In this document: in pieces, positions 49,311-63,371 of the stretch | How positions within the stretch are numbered: position 1 is the stretch's first letter | Layout of the letters: every line of letters starts with the position of its first letter | Source: Octopus vulgaris | Taxonomy: Eukaryota | Direction: 5' to 3' | DNA: 64,000 nucleotides | Assembly (NCBI GenBank): GCA_951406725.2 | Contig: OX597816.1 | Span: forward strand, 121,520,001-121,584,000 | The notes under the pieces: model-generated | The model's database searches: none | What the model saw: only the letters and a program-made list of their open reading frames with translations | Told to the model about the DNA's origin: nothing | Program-made: the position numbers and the translations under genes

Positions 49311-49759
49311 CAAGTAGTGTTATTAAGCTAGACATGACGTGGGAACAATCTATGGCCAAAACATATCTAAGTTATCTATGCTACATAAATCCACACTCAC
49401 ACACACACACGCGCGCGCGCACACGCACACACACGCACACACACACATGTAAGTACATACGTATGTATGTATGTATGTATGTATGTATGTATGTATGTAT
49501 GTATGTATGTGTGTGCGTGTGCGTGTCTGAGTGTGTGTAAAAGTATGACTGACAAAAATACCGTTGCATTCACTGCATCAAAACGCAATAGTCAGATGGA
49601 TGCTAGCATACATGATGTGGTAAGCTAAGAAATTTCACTTAATCAAGATTGCAACAAAACAGCCATGTTTGTTGTTGCTGCTAAACTGCAGGTCAGCTTT
49701 AACTGAACACAGTTGTTAGCAAGGACGTTCTAGCTACAATGATCCTGTCATATAATATA

Positions 49760-50314
49760 CGAGCAAAACGTCCCCCGTCCAATGGACAGTGCTGAGTTGT
49801 CAAAGATTTAAACCAAATTTTCTCAAAACAACTTGTCTGATCGTCCCATAGGCCTCCCCTTTGAGAAACACTGATTTAACCTAAATTTTAGACACCAGCA
49901 AAAGAAGAAATGAAGACTTTTTTTCTATTCCAAAGAAAAACGATTTCATTCACACAAATATGCAACCGAAGAGTTTAAAGTACCAGTAATGATAAGGCTG
50001 TTGACTGGGAGAACACAAACATGGTTTAAACAGTAAGCTTGGCAGGAAATAAACGTGCCTTTAAGCAGTACAAAAACACAAAAAATTGGAAGGTGCAGTT
50101 ATGTAGAGGTTGACGGAAGAAAAGCAGGACAAAAACGGCTTTATCGATCGCATTCTCACCTGGAATCGATTTTTGTAATTTTTTCAAGACTAATACATAC
50201 CCTCATACCGTTGGTATCTACATATCAAATTTGAGCGCAATCGGATGGAGGATGCTCGAGATCCTAGATAACACACATACACACACACAGACAGAACGGA
50301 TTTTATATAATAGA
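49760..50314 (-). mobile_element. non-autonomous Helitron (family 2) inserted in a family H element
   Basis: Minus strand 5' A|TCTATTATATAAAATCCG...; 3' hairpin GTCCA-t-TGGAC followed by CTcG|T. The flanks 49668-49750 and 50315-50400 are the two halves of a family H copy. Confidence 0.6.
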
Positions 50315-50640
50315 TTTGATGAGATTATTGTATTGCCAATATATCTTCATTTAAAACGCTATTGTGTGACTTTTAAGAAGAGCTGACTGCTATTTCTAGC
50401 TAGCACTTTGCTTTGGCTAATCTTGCCTATATTAGTTATGTATGTACACTAGAGATACGAACTCGCGTCACAGACGCTACATTGAAGCCCACGAGTAGAG
50501 GACGTTGCCCATCCGGCCATTTAGTTTCCAACGAACAAAGAAACCGAAACTGTAGACGTTGCAGAATTGAAACTTTATATCTTGGGTTTTTGAAAGGTGT
50601 AGAAATGTGAAGAATCTGCATACGAATCATTGCAAGTTGT

Positions 50641-50820
50641 TTCTTCTTCTTCTTCTTCTTCTTCTTCTTCTTCTTCTTCTTCTTCTTCTTCTTCTTCTTC
50701 TTCTTCTTCTTCTTCTTCTTCTTCTTCTTCTTCTTCTTCTTCTTCTTCTTCTTCTTCTTCTTCTTCTTCTTCTTCTTCTTCTTCTTCTTCTTCTTCTTCT
50801 TCTTTCTTTCTTTCTTTCTC
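50641..50820. repeat. (TTC)n microsatellite, more than 50 units
   Basis: Directly visible. Confidence 0.97.
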
Positions 50821-50932
50821 ATACCAATTTCTGATGCTTCTCTTTTGTTTTTGATTTCATATTTATTTTTTCTACATCTTGTTGAAAAAGTTATTTTACT
50901 TATATCTCTCTCTATATATTTATATACATATG

Positions 50933-50989
<57 letters not shown>

Positions 50990-51097
50990 TATATATATAT
51001 ATAAAGGCGGTGTTACAGCATGGCTGCAGTCAAATGACTGAAACAAGTAAAATAATAAATGAATATATATGCATGTGTGTGTGTGTATACACATACG

Positions 51098-51128
<31 letters not shown>

Positions 51129-51157
51129 GCATATATATTACACACATACACATGACG

Positions 51158-51350
51158 GCGGCCATGCTGGAGCACAACCTTTAGTCGAACAAATCGACCC
51201 CAGGACCTATTCTTTGTAAGACTAGTACTTATTCTATCGTTCTCTGTTGCGGAACTGCTAAGTTAGGAGCACGTAAACACATCAACATCGGTTGTCAATC
51301 GATGGTGGCGGGGACAAACACAAATACACACACACGCGCGCGCGCGCGCG

Positions 51351-51408
<58 letters not shown>

Positions 51409-51803
51409 TAAACCTTGTGAGTGAATTTGGTAGAGGAGCGTATAACCGTGTTCGCTATTAACGGTAAGTGACTGAATTCGTATATTTGCCACTCCGGTTT
51501 TGTGTATGTGAGCCGCAAGGGCCTTCGTTTTTGGAATCTCCACTTATAGAAATGGAAAAATCGGTCTTTGACTGCCATTTCTAATTCCTTCGGTATGAGG
51601 CGAAACAGCTCGCTGCTAGCCAACTTATTTTTCTTTACTATATATATATATATATATATATACGCTCCTCTACCAAATTCACTCACAAGGTTTTGGTGGG
51701 CCCCAGGCTCCAAGTAGAAGACACTTGCCCAATATGCAACGCAATGGGTCGGAACCCGGAACCATATGGTTGTGAAGCAAGCCTCTTACCACATAGTCAC
51801 TCT

Positions 51804-51805
<2 letters not shown>
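51158..51805 (-). mobile_element. SINE family A, split by a rearranged insert
   Basis: Tail at 51158-51325, head at 51668-51805, and a 35-bp perfect inverted repeat at 51410-51444 / 51659-51693. Confidence 0.7.
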
Positions 51806-51837
<32 letters not shown>

Positions 51838-51842
<5 letters not shown>

Positions 51843-52026
51843 ACAGAAAAACAAAAAACAAAGACAGGTGTATAAACAATAAGTAGGTGTATTAGCTTGA
51901 CGCTCGGGCAAGTGAGAAAGTATTTTACGTTTCGAGCCTACGCTCTTGAACAGAAAGGAGTATGAGGAAATAAACAGAGAGAAAATAAAATAAAAACACT
52001 TGTGGATTTAGCAATCAATCATACCG
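51838..52026 (-). mobile_element. second Penelope-like pLTR family with variant hammerhead motif (51923-51956)
   Basis: Minus strand TTT-CTGTTCA-A-GAGC-GTAG-GCTC-GAAA-CGTA-AAA, followed by gagcgtc as in the first family. Confidence 0.55.
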
Positions 52027-52258
52027 ACTGATTAGGAAAAAATAGTTTAACAGGAGAGCTAGGAAGAAGGGGAGATACAAAGTCGAGTCTAAGACGCATA
52101 CGCAGTAGCGCGTCGCTGATCCCGTTTTTTTACCGTGGACATTGCCATCGCACCTTGAGAGGTATGCTATCACCTACGAACAGCCCCACCCACCTGCTGA
52201 TATGCGGGCTCTAGGAAGTACGATCGCCGCTACAACCTAGCTTCATATATGCATATGC

Positions 52259-52289
<31 letters not shown>

Positions 52290-52509
52290 TGTATGTATGT
52301 ATGTATGTATGGATGGATGGATGGATGGATGGATGGATGGATGGATGGTCGGTGTTTCAATGAACCACGTGTGCAGTAACCTGGGTTCGATTCGTAGCAG
52401 GAGCCATCATATATCACTCACTTGTAACTAATGACCTTATTTTACACACGAACTTCACAACATTTCTTTATTTTTTAGTACCCCTAGCTCCACAGTCACC
52501 ACCATTAGT

Positions 52510-53067
52510 TATTGAAGCAAAGTCGACCTCAGCGGGATTTGAACTCAGAACGTAAAGACGGACGAAATGTTACTAAGATTTTGTCCGGCATGATAATGAT
52601 TCTGCCAGCGCGTTGTGATTGCAATAATGATAATAATAATCCTTTCTACTAAAGGCACAAGGCCTGAATTTTAGTGGGAGAGGACTAGTCTATTACATCG
52701 ACTCCAGTGTGTCACTGGTATTTAACTTATCGACTCGAGAAGATGAAAGGCAAAGTCGAATTTGAACTCAGAACCTAAAGACAGAGGAAATGTTGCTAAG
52801 CATTTTGCCTGGCGTGCTAACTATTCTGCTAGCTCGCAGCCATTGTAATAATAGTAATAGTTTCAAATTTTGGCACAAGGCCAATACGTTCGGAGTGGAA
52901 CCAGTGTTCAACACGGATCCCAGTGTTCAACTAGTACTTGCTTCATCGGCCCCGAAAGGGATAAAAGGCAAAGTCGACCCCGATTATATTTGAACTCAGA
53001 ACACGAAGAAGAACTAAATACTGCTGAACATTTTGTAGGGTGTGCTAACGATTCTGCCAGCTCACCA
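52510..53067 (-). mobile_element. three stacked SINE family B copies
   Basis: The family B core is repeated in reverse, with copies separated by (TAA)-like spacers. Confidence 0.78.
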
Positions 53068-53373
53068 TATTAAGTAATAGGCAAATACTAAATATTATCT
53101 AAACACTGATTTCTTATGTTTACATATTTCTTTATTCATTGTCATTACGGCGCTCATTAAAATATAATCCAGTAATGCTAGAGAGTATGTAATTAATAAT
53201 CCTCGTTATAAAGCGCGAGAATGAGGTGGGGACTGCGACGATCCCCCACCTACCTACACAATCTACAGATCACTCGCATGAAAAATGAATTAAACGTAAA
53301 AATATTTTAATGATTTAATAATTACATTAACATCACAGATTTGGCAGGATACCATATCATGCGCACACAGAGC

Positions 53374-53404
<31 letters not shown>

Positions 53405-53551
53405 CATACATACATACATACATACATACATACATACATACATACATACATACATACATGCATACATACATGCATACATACATATGTGTGTGATGTGTGT
53501 GTGTGCGTATAGAGAGAGCACGAGAGCGAGTGACAGTGATAGAGGTAAGCA

Positions 53552-53602
<51 letters not shown>

Positions 53603-53635
53603 AAAGCAGTATATATATATATACACACACAATAT

Positions 53636-53686
<51 letters not shown>

Positions 53687-53690
<4 letters not shown>

Positions 53691-54320
53691 CTCATCCCAT
53701 AAATAATGCAGTATTTTAGACTTCTTTTATTTTTCAAAATTAACATAAACAAAGTTCTTTTTTAATAAAATATACTCCCCTTCGTTTTCTACAATGCTCT
53801 TTCATCTATTTAGTAGATTTGCAAGGCCCTTCTTCTAAAATTCCCTTGTCCGTAACGAATAATACTTCTCCAGTACTGTTCTGACCTCGTCTACAGAATG
53901 CATATTTTTTCATCCAAATGATTTTCAAGACTGCGGAATAAATGATAATCAGATGGGGCAATTTCCGGCGAATTTGGTGGGTGGAGCATTATTTCTCATT
54001 CAGACTGCTCCAGCCTTTGGATTATCATCTTCGATGTATGTAGTCGAGCATTATCCTGATGGAAGAACATCTTTCGTCTTGAAACCAAAGATGGCTATTT
54101 TCCGATGGTATGCAAGTCAGGTGTCTATGAACGGTTGAATGACAAAATCCAAGCTTCTCTAATAGTTCCCCAACAGTTACGATGGGATTTTGTTCCACCA
54201 GGGTTTGCAGAGCGTCCTTGTCGAGTTCTATAGGTCTTCCAGGATGAGGCTCGTCTTCTAGGCTCTAGTTTCTGGCTCGGAATTTTTAAAACCAGCATTG
54301 ACAATGGCTTACACTTTATA
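53687..54320 (-). mobile_element. internally deleted mariner fossil inserted in (TA)n
   Basis: HPPNSPEIAPSDYHLFRSLENHL (YSPDLAPSDY motif) and SLEDEP.PGRPIELD. One TIR-like end, TA|ttggctcatcccataaataatgc. Confidence 0.8.
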
Positions 54321-54564
54321 AAATCAAACGGCTTTCATTGCAAGGCAAATTTCCAAGATGAGGAAGTGGAAAAAATTTATAATGTATTTTCAAAAAAATA
54401 TTAAATATATACAAAAATTAATAAATAAATATACCAATACATCATAGTGTCTTTAAGCTTTTAAAGTTCAATATCATTCCATGGAAAAACTTCTTTGGAG
54501 GATTAGTTTTTTCCTTTCCTATAATTTCTCCACGTGCGGTTAACACAACCCCACCATTTACTGA

Positions 54565-55290
<726 letters not shown>

Positions 55291-55386
55291 TAGTAGCTGT
55301 AATACACACACACACATCTGTATATATATGTATATATGTATGTATATGTATCTGCGTACGTGTGCAAGGTTGAATGTATGTATGCA

Positions 55387-55466
<80 letters not shown>

Positions 55467-56314
55467 AATACATATAAACGTATAAATACATGCCTTCATA
55501 TATGCACACTGATGCACGCTTACATATGGAAAAGATTTAGCGATGTTTTAATTTCATCCTAAGTAGACGTACGTTTTTTCTTTCTCAATCGCTAGTCATA
55601 ACAATAGGTGTTTCCCATCTTGGTTTTTATCCGTCCTATCGCTATGACCCCACTTGTCTCTGCTGTATCAGTTACCAAACAACCACCTCTGAGATAGCGG
55701 GTCCTATCTCAAGTTGTTGAAACTACCACAATCCCTAGTTAGGCAAATGAGGGTTAAATTTTCTACGTTTTTCTGAGTGTTCCTATTTTTGATATTCATA
55801 AGTGAGTGTGTGTGTGTATGTGTATGTGTGTGTGTGTACATGCATGCATCCAACCGTCTGTCTATCCATCCATCCATCCATCCATCCATCCATCCATACA
55901 TACATACATACATACATACATACATACATACATACATACATACATACATACATACATACATACATACAAATTATAAACGGTCAATTAGCAGTGTTACTAG
56001 AGCGTTAGATAGAACGTGTTCCAATATTTGACTCAACTTCTAGATTCAAATCTTCTCGAGATTTCATCTTTCAAAGCGTAGATAAATAAAATATCAACCC
56101 AGCGCTAATGCTTTCCGCTCTTCTCACAGAACGTGGCACATGCTCCATTTAGAGTAAAGGCTCTAATTTGTAATGAGAAAGCCCCAGAACAAGATCCTCT
56201 ACACCATGACCAACATCAATATTGTACAATACCTGCGACTAGAATTGGATATTAAAAGGCTAAGTTCACCGAAGTTACGTCCTTTCAAGGAGTTATAATT
56301 TGCACACGTACCAT

Positions 56315-56530
56315 TGGTTTCAAATTTTGGCACAAAGCCAGTAATTTCGGGGTTGGGGCGCAAGTCTATTACGTCGACTCCTAATGTTTAATTGGTAATT
56401 ATTCTGTCGACTCCGAAAGGAATAAAGGCAAAGTCGACCTCGGCAGAATTTGACCTTAGAACGTAAAGACAGACGAAATGCTGCTAAGCATTTCACCCTG
56501 TGTGCTTACGATTCTGCCTGCTCACCGCTT
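56315..56530 (-). mobile_element. SINE family B
   Basis: Complete reverse copy. Confidence 0.78.
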
Positions 56531-56593
56531 AATTCGCGCACGTAATATTACAACGTGGTTATATCTATTGACTCCAGTACATATACAGGCGTG

Positions 56594-56673
<80 letters not shown>

Positions 56674-58519
56674 CTCACACGCATACACATATGACGGGCT
56701 TCTGCACAGTTTCAACTCCTAGTCATGAATTCATCTAACACTATAATAGAAAGTACTTGTCCTATGTGATGCATTGTGGAATCGATCTTGGGACGAGATG
56801 GTTGCAAAGCAAACTTCTTCACAATATTGCCATGCTTACAATCATGTTAATTACTTAACTAATGTTTATATTTGAGTGTCGATCCTATTTCATATCTGCT
56901 TGTATGACTTATTTGTTTGGATTATGTCGGTATGTTGGCTCAGAGTACTTTTACAATTCTGTCTGATCCAAAATATGATACTTTAAATATGATATTTTAA
57001 ACGATGAACGAGAGCTTAGACTTCTGTGCTATGGAGAGGCTTAAGAAATGGGAAATTATGAGTATCATATCTTTTCTAATGGCATTAATGATGCAACAGA
57101 TACCATTTAACCAGAAATCGAAAAAATTATAAATTCAGCTCACTTTAAAAATAATAATAATAACGAGGTTAATTACTTTAATTCCATCTGAACTTGCCTT
57201 TAGTGAAACTAATAATATATTCAATAATTCTATACCTTGCTGCTCTAAAGAGTTTAAACATTTAAATGAATTTTTGTCTTTATTCTTTTCTGTGATAATT
57301 GAAAAGACTGGGTAAAACATCGGTCTCTGGAACTGAAGACTGTGGGTTTGGCTCACATTTCCACTGAATATTTATGTTTGTGCAATTATTTTATTTCATA
57401 TATATTTTATTGCTCCTTTGTTTTGTTTTACTGGGGTTTTTTTTCGCTTTGTCAGAGGAGGACCCTTTTCCTCATGACCCTTTTGGGGCAAAATTGTCGG
57501 AGAAAGAAAGACATTGCAAGACGGTCTGTCAGGCGTGAACGAATGTAACGGAGTGAACTCATCTAAAGACGTTCAAGAGTCAGGCAGTAGTGTTAAAATG
57601 GTCAACAGATTAAGCTGACCACAGGATAAATAAGAATTTGAATAGTAACTATTTCGTACCCGTTGTCTTGAAATGTACAACAATTTCGTTTCCTAATTAG
57701 CATAATTACAAGTGTTTCCTTAGTGTTTAGGGACAGGCCAGCGAGAATGCAAATTTCTTTCTTCCTTTTTTATACATTATCTTTAATTTGGAAGCATCAT
57801 GTCTATATAACAACTATACTAAACAATGAACCAGACAGGGGTTTCCTATTTGAAAGTACTTTTTCGAAGATTTTCTTACTATCTTGCCACTAAAAATAAT
57901 CATTTCTACCAAACATTAACGATTCTCATCGTCAATCCAATACTCCTTACAGTTATGAGTCATTTTGGTTTGCAGATTCGGGAATCAGGTGATAATGGTT
58001 AGAGCTCATTGCGTGGAGGGTTTGTGAGTCGTTGATGTGTGGGAGGGTATCTACAGAAACAGTATGTTTACTTGTTTACTTGTCAGTGCTGAATTAGAGG
58101 AATTACTACTATATGAGAGTTGCTAATGTCCAGGTATACAATAGAGGAAATTATTGCTAGGATACGATATAAAGCCCTAAGGGAGAAAATATTACTATAT
58201 TAATGTTAAAGCGTATCGGTAACCTATAGTCTATACAGCCAGTAGTAGTGGTGGTTGCTAGCTCTGTATTTGGATTTTTTTTTGTAGATATTTCTTAATA
58301 TGCCTATGCTTAAACAAAACTCGATTTTTTAAATTTAAGAATTTCAAGTATTGCATCAAAGATTCAAGCAAAAATCCAAAATTCTATCTATTGTAGATAT
58401 ATGAACACACACCTTTAAGAAGGTTGCATTATGAAGTTATACTTCTCGCCCTTACATACTTGCATCGCTTTGATCAGTTAGAATATGAAATCTCTGTTTC
58501 AATTGTATGTTTTTAGGAA

Positions 58520-58697
58520 TATTGCTGCTGTTTAAATCCATGACAATTTTTGATCGGGTAGACCTAGCGTATCTAGAACATCTTTATTCAATGTTTCTTT
58601 TCTTTTTTTCAGGCTGGTTGGCGGGATTTGCGAAAGAGTTGGCTGTAATATTAAAGCACGTCGCGAGACTACATTAAAGGCTTCTTCATTCATTCGG
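58520..58697 (-). mobile_element. family H element, highly decayed
   Basis: Minus-strand head cgaatgaatgaagaa-gcc-tttaatgt-agt-ctcgc-gac...acag-ccaa-ctctttc. Confidence 0.45.
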
Positions 58698-59957
58698 TTT
58701 CCATCGATAGCGATAATGATGGGAATTGTTATAATGATACTTTGCCTTGTCTTGAGCCCTCAACTCCTTGATTGAATCATAGGGCGTCGTCGTGACATAC
58801 GGTGTGTCTTGGGCATTTTTAGACAAAAAGGGACCATCCCTCTCCAAGTTTAACTACAGCCGATTTTTACCAGAAGAAGGTACTCTATATTCGAATAACA
58901 GATAAAAAATGGTTGTGGATGGACTATCTTTTACAATAGGTCTTCGCGATCAGAACTGTCCTGGATAAATCCAAACAACAGAGACAGACAGAAAGAGTTA
59001 GAGAATGAGAAAAATCGACCCCACTATAAGACTGGAACTTATTCATCGACCCCAAATGAAGGAAACGGTAAAGTTGACTTCGGTGGAATTTGAGCCCAGA
59101 ACCCAGAGAACCGAAACTATTACCACAAGGCAATCTGTCCGAAGCCCTAATTACTATCGCATCAGGCCGCCTTAGTGATATTGATAAGCCTGATGAGACT
59201 GGTAGAGCGGAGACAGAGACGAATGAGTGAGTGTGCGTGTATGTGTGTGTGTGCGCGCGCGCGTTTGATATGCATCTTTGCACCAGAAGTAAATATTGGG
59301 CATGTCAAGACAGTGAAACCGTTTTCGATTCTCAGTCGAAGCAACTTCACTTCATTTATACTTCTGGTAATCTTAGGACAATTATGGACAGCAGAATATC
59401 GAATTTGCGGCCAGTGAAAGAACGCAAATAATTTTTTTTTTTTTTTTTTCAGCTGAACTACATGGTGCTGCCTCAACTCTTTTTACAACAAAGGAAATAT
59501 ATAGGTCTATGCCTCTGTTCTCACTCTATCTCTTATTTTCTCCCTTAAAACCACCATTTCCCTCTTCTTACTCAGCACAATCCAACTCATTTCCATGCCA
59601 CAACCACAACCATCACCATTTTTCTTTCCGCCTTCATCACCTACATTTGCTACTACGCCACCACTACCATCATCGCCACCACCACCACCAAGATCAACAA
59701 GTATATGCAACACGTGCCAGACACATCAAACTCCTCCTATCCGACACGCCCGTGGGTGGCGTCATCTAAACTTACGTCTTCTCTCAAATGATACTGAAGC
59801 TCTTTCGCACTCAACTTGCTTTGATCCCACCTCTTATTCCTGTTGCCCTCATTGACGACAACGACGACGACGACGACGATGATGATGATGATGATAATGA
59901 TGTCATTGCTGATGTTGCTGTTCTCTGCTGTTAGTGCTATTTATTATTATTATTATT

Positions 59958-60051
<94 letters not shown>

Positions 60052-60052
<1 letters not shown>

Positions 60053-60420
60053 GGCAGAAACGTTAGCACACCGTTACGTTCTGAGTTCAAATTCCGCCGA
60101 GGTCGACTTAGCCTTTCATCCTTTCGGGGTCGATGAATTAAGTACCAGTTACGCAATGGGGTCGATGTAATCGACTTAATCCGTTTGTCTGTCCTTGTTT
60201 GTCCCCTCTATGTTTAGCCCCTTGTGGGTAGTAAAGAAATAGGTATTTCACCTGTCGCTACGTTCTGAATTCAAATTCCGCTGAGGTCGACTTTGCCTTT
60301 CATCCTTTCGGGGTCGATAAATTAAGTACACTTGGTATCAATGTAATTGACTAGTCCCCCACCCCATCAACATCCCCCACCTTCAAAATTATTGACCTTA
60401 TGCCTAATTTCGAAAACATT
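60052..60420 (+). mobile_element. SINE family B with Tx1-like tail and second unit
   Basis: Same unit junction aaagaaatag|gtatttc at ~60241. Confidence 0.82.
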
Positions 60421-61019
60421 AACGTTCCTTTATTCTTATTGTTATTTTTAATGCGTGTCTGTTCGGTAAGAAGTTTACTTGCCAACGACATGGTTCCAGG
60501 CTGGGAAATTTTTTTCCCACGAGAATTCCGGACCTCAGTTATGAACTCATTTGCATACATCCAATCAGAGCTCAACTCTAAAACTAATTTATGAGCGCAT
60601 AACACGTGATGGGCGATATGATAAGGTCACTTGGGTAAGAAATGACCATGCTTCTTTTCTCTTAATAATGTTCCTTAATATTGTTCTTGTTTCATCCATG
60701 GCTACCTCTGGGTAGTTATTTAAGCTGTTTACTTTGTAAAACAATAAGAGGAGAGGGTTGCTAGCACATCACCCTCTACCTACATTTTTCCCATCCACAT
60801 CTTTACCACATAGGACCCTAACAAAATCCGATAATAGGTATAGATGCAAATCTGTCTAATTACTTGTCTCCTTCTAAAATCAGGCATAACTTGGCAATCG
60901 GTCGACTTACAACACCGTTCTTCGTCTTGAGTTTACTTAATAGAGTGTGTTTGTTAACTTGACAACAAGTTCAAGGTGAGCTCTGGTTGGCTGTATGCAA
61001 ATGAGTTCATTACTGGGGT

Positions 61020-61160
61020 CTGGAACTCTCGTGGGTAAAAAATTCGCTTCCGGGTTGAGTCCCACTACATGGCACTTTGTGCAAGTGTCTTCTACTATAA
61101 CCTTGGGTCGACCAAAGCTTTGTATGAGGATTTGGTTGAAGGAAACTGAAAGAAACCTGT

Positions 61161-61195
<35 letters not shown>

Positions 61196-61510
61196 AGGTG
61201 TCTTGTGTGTGTGTGGAGGTGTCTTGTGTGTGTGTGGAGGTGTCTTGTGTGTGTGTGGAGGTGTCTTGTGTGTGTGTGTGGAGGTGGGTGGTTGGGTGTC
61301 TTGTGTCTGTGTTTGTCCCCCCACCACCACCGTTTGACTACCGGTGTTGGTGTGTGTATGTTCCTGCAGTTTGGCCAAAGAAACCGATAGAATAATCACC
61401 AGGTTTAAAGGGAAAAAATAAAGGACTGGGGTCGATTCATTAAACTAAAAATTCTTTACTGCAATGCCCCAGCATGGCCGCAATCTAATGGCTAAAACAA
61501 GTAAAAGATG
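61020..61510 (+). mobile_element. SINE family A with internal 21-bp minisatellite (gtgtgtggaggtgtcttgtgt)
   Basis: Head and tail modules flank 4-5 minisatellite units. Confidence 0.8.
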
Positions 61511-61814
61511 AAAGAACTTTTTATTTCATGTAAATCTTCTTCTGGTTGTTGTCTATTATTTAACTATGTATTTTCCGGAAGAGGGCGAGCAGAAAGAATC
61601 GTTAGCACGCCGGAAAAAAAATGTTTAACAGCATTTCTTCCGGCTTTATATTTTGGATTCAAGTTCCGCCGAGGTTGAGTTTACATTTTTTCCTTTGGAG
61701 TCGATAAGTACTACCTGTGGTCGATGTAACAGACTAGTCCCTCCCACTAATTTCGTGCCTTGTGTCTACAATAGAAAGAATTATTTTCCTATGTATTTGC
61801 TTTCGTATTGTTCG

Positions 61815-61975
61815 CAGATGTGGCGGGGTGGTAAGAAGCTTACTTCCCAACCACATGGTTCCAGGTTTGAGTCTCACTGCGTGACACCTTGGACAAGTGT
61901 CTTCCACTATAGCCTTGGGCCCGCCAAAGCCTTGTGAGTGGGTTTGGTAGACAGAAACCGAAAGAAACCCTTCGT
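61815..61975 (+). mobile_element. SINE family A, 5' half
   Basis: Head homology. Confidence 0.78.
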
Positions 61976-62041
61976 ATCTCTCTCTACATACACACACACA
62001 CACGCATATAAGTATTTGGATATATATCTATGATATAGTTG

Positions 62042-62317
62042 GTGGAGGCGCGTGGCTTAGTGGTTAAGGTGTTGAACTCATGATCGTAAGGTTGTGGTTT
62101 CGATTCCTGGGATCGTAAGGTTGTGGTTTCGATTCCTGGCCCAGGCGATGCGTTGTGTTCTTGAGCAAAATACTTCATTTCACGTTGCTCCAGTCCACTC
62201 AGCTGGCAAAAATGAGTAATCCTGCGACGGATCGGCGTCCCGTCCAGATAGGAAATTTCTACGCCACTGAAACCGGGAAACCGGCCCTTATGAGCCTGGC
62301 ATGGCTCGAGAAGGAAC
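62042..62317 (+). mobile_element. tRNA-derived SINE (family C-related) with 18-bp TSD and duplicated B box
   Basis: TSD atatctatgatatagttg at 62024-62041 and 62318-62335. A box TGGCTTAGTGG. The 29-bp B-box segment is repeated at 62082-62110 and 62111-62139. Confidence 0.88.
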
Positions 62318-62335
62318 ATATCTATGATATAGTTG

Positions 62336-62492
62336 AGAGGAATAGCAAAGCCTGGGCGTCATGCCACAGTTTGAGATTTGTATGGAAGCCGGACCTTTGT
62401 AAAGACCTGAAGATCCGTCTCTTTGTCGCTGCAGTGGAATATATGCTGTTGTACGGGTCTGAGACTTGGACACTGAGCAAGAAACTCACTCA
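62336..62492 (+). mobile_element. RTE-type LINE RT fragment (target of the SINE at 62042)
   Basis: KAWASCHSL..VWK.DL.KDLKIRLFVAAVEYMLLYGSETWTL. Confidence 0.8.
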
Positions 62493-63371
62493 AGGTAGTA
62501 TTTGTGTCTCGTATCTACTGTGTTTTGGTATTGCACAGCGATTTTGTCAAATTTGTGCTCTGTGAATCGTTTTATATTGATAGTTAGCAAATGTATTTAA
62601 GAGTTTTTGTTATGAACTGCTCTTGGTACATGCTATGTTATCGCTCATCGAAATGTCGAAAAGTCGGCATGTTATTCTGTAGACATAGCAGTCGACACGA
62701 TCGTATCTATAAGTAAACTCAAACATTCCAAAGACTAGGTAGCCAGAAATGATGTGGTCAATTGTCTCATTACGTGGGCTGCACAGACTGCAGATGTTAG
62801 AATTTTTTCCTTATTGTATTTTAGTAATTATTTGCGCCATAACATTGATCCAGCATATTATAATTCAAACGTTCTGTTTCTATTTTAGTCGCAGTCTTTG
62901 AGTCATTCTTGCTATTCATTGTGGCTTACTTCTACATTGAATGCTGTGTTATTATAATTATGTTGTGTTTTTCCCTTAGGTATTTCTTTAATATATATTT
63001 TGGGATTCTGTTTTGATTGGCATTTTTTAGCCGTTTTGTTCTTATCTAAATCTTTTTCTTTAGTTCAATTAGTTTCTTCTACTTTGAACATTTTGTTTCT
63101 TTATATAAAAAAAATGTTGGTTTTCTTCATTGCTCTAACTTTGCTTGTATTTTTCTAGTCCTATTTTTATTATTTTATAGTTGTTTCCCATTTGCATGAA
63201 ACCCTGTCATTCCTATGTGCGGAGTAGGCATATTCTTCCTGCATCAGCATTTGCAAAGTGACTTCAGAAAGTTGTTACTAGTCTTTTTTCCTAAGCTCTT
63301 CTAGTCATTTAACTTCGTATTTATTATGCTAAATCTGTAGTTTATAACAAGAGGGACTAGTGTAACGACTT

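Noticed and set aside
50388-50400. GCTAGAAATAGC on the minus strand matches the engineered sgRNA tetraloop
   Set aside because: It is only a 12-nt GAAA-tetraloop hairpin of family H. No other scaffold sequence is present.
59185-59225. CTGATGAG hammerhead-like start
   Set aside because: No stem II closure or GAAA follows.
62042-62140. tRNA gene
   Set aside because: It is a SINE head with TSD and body, and has no complete cloverleaf.
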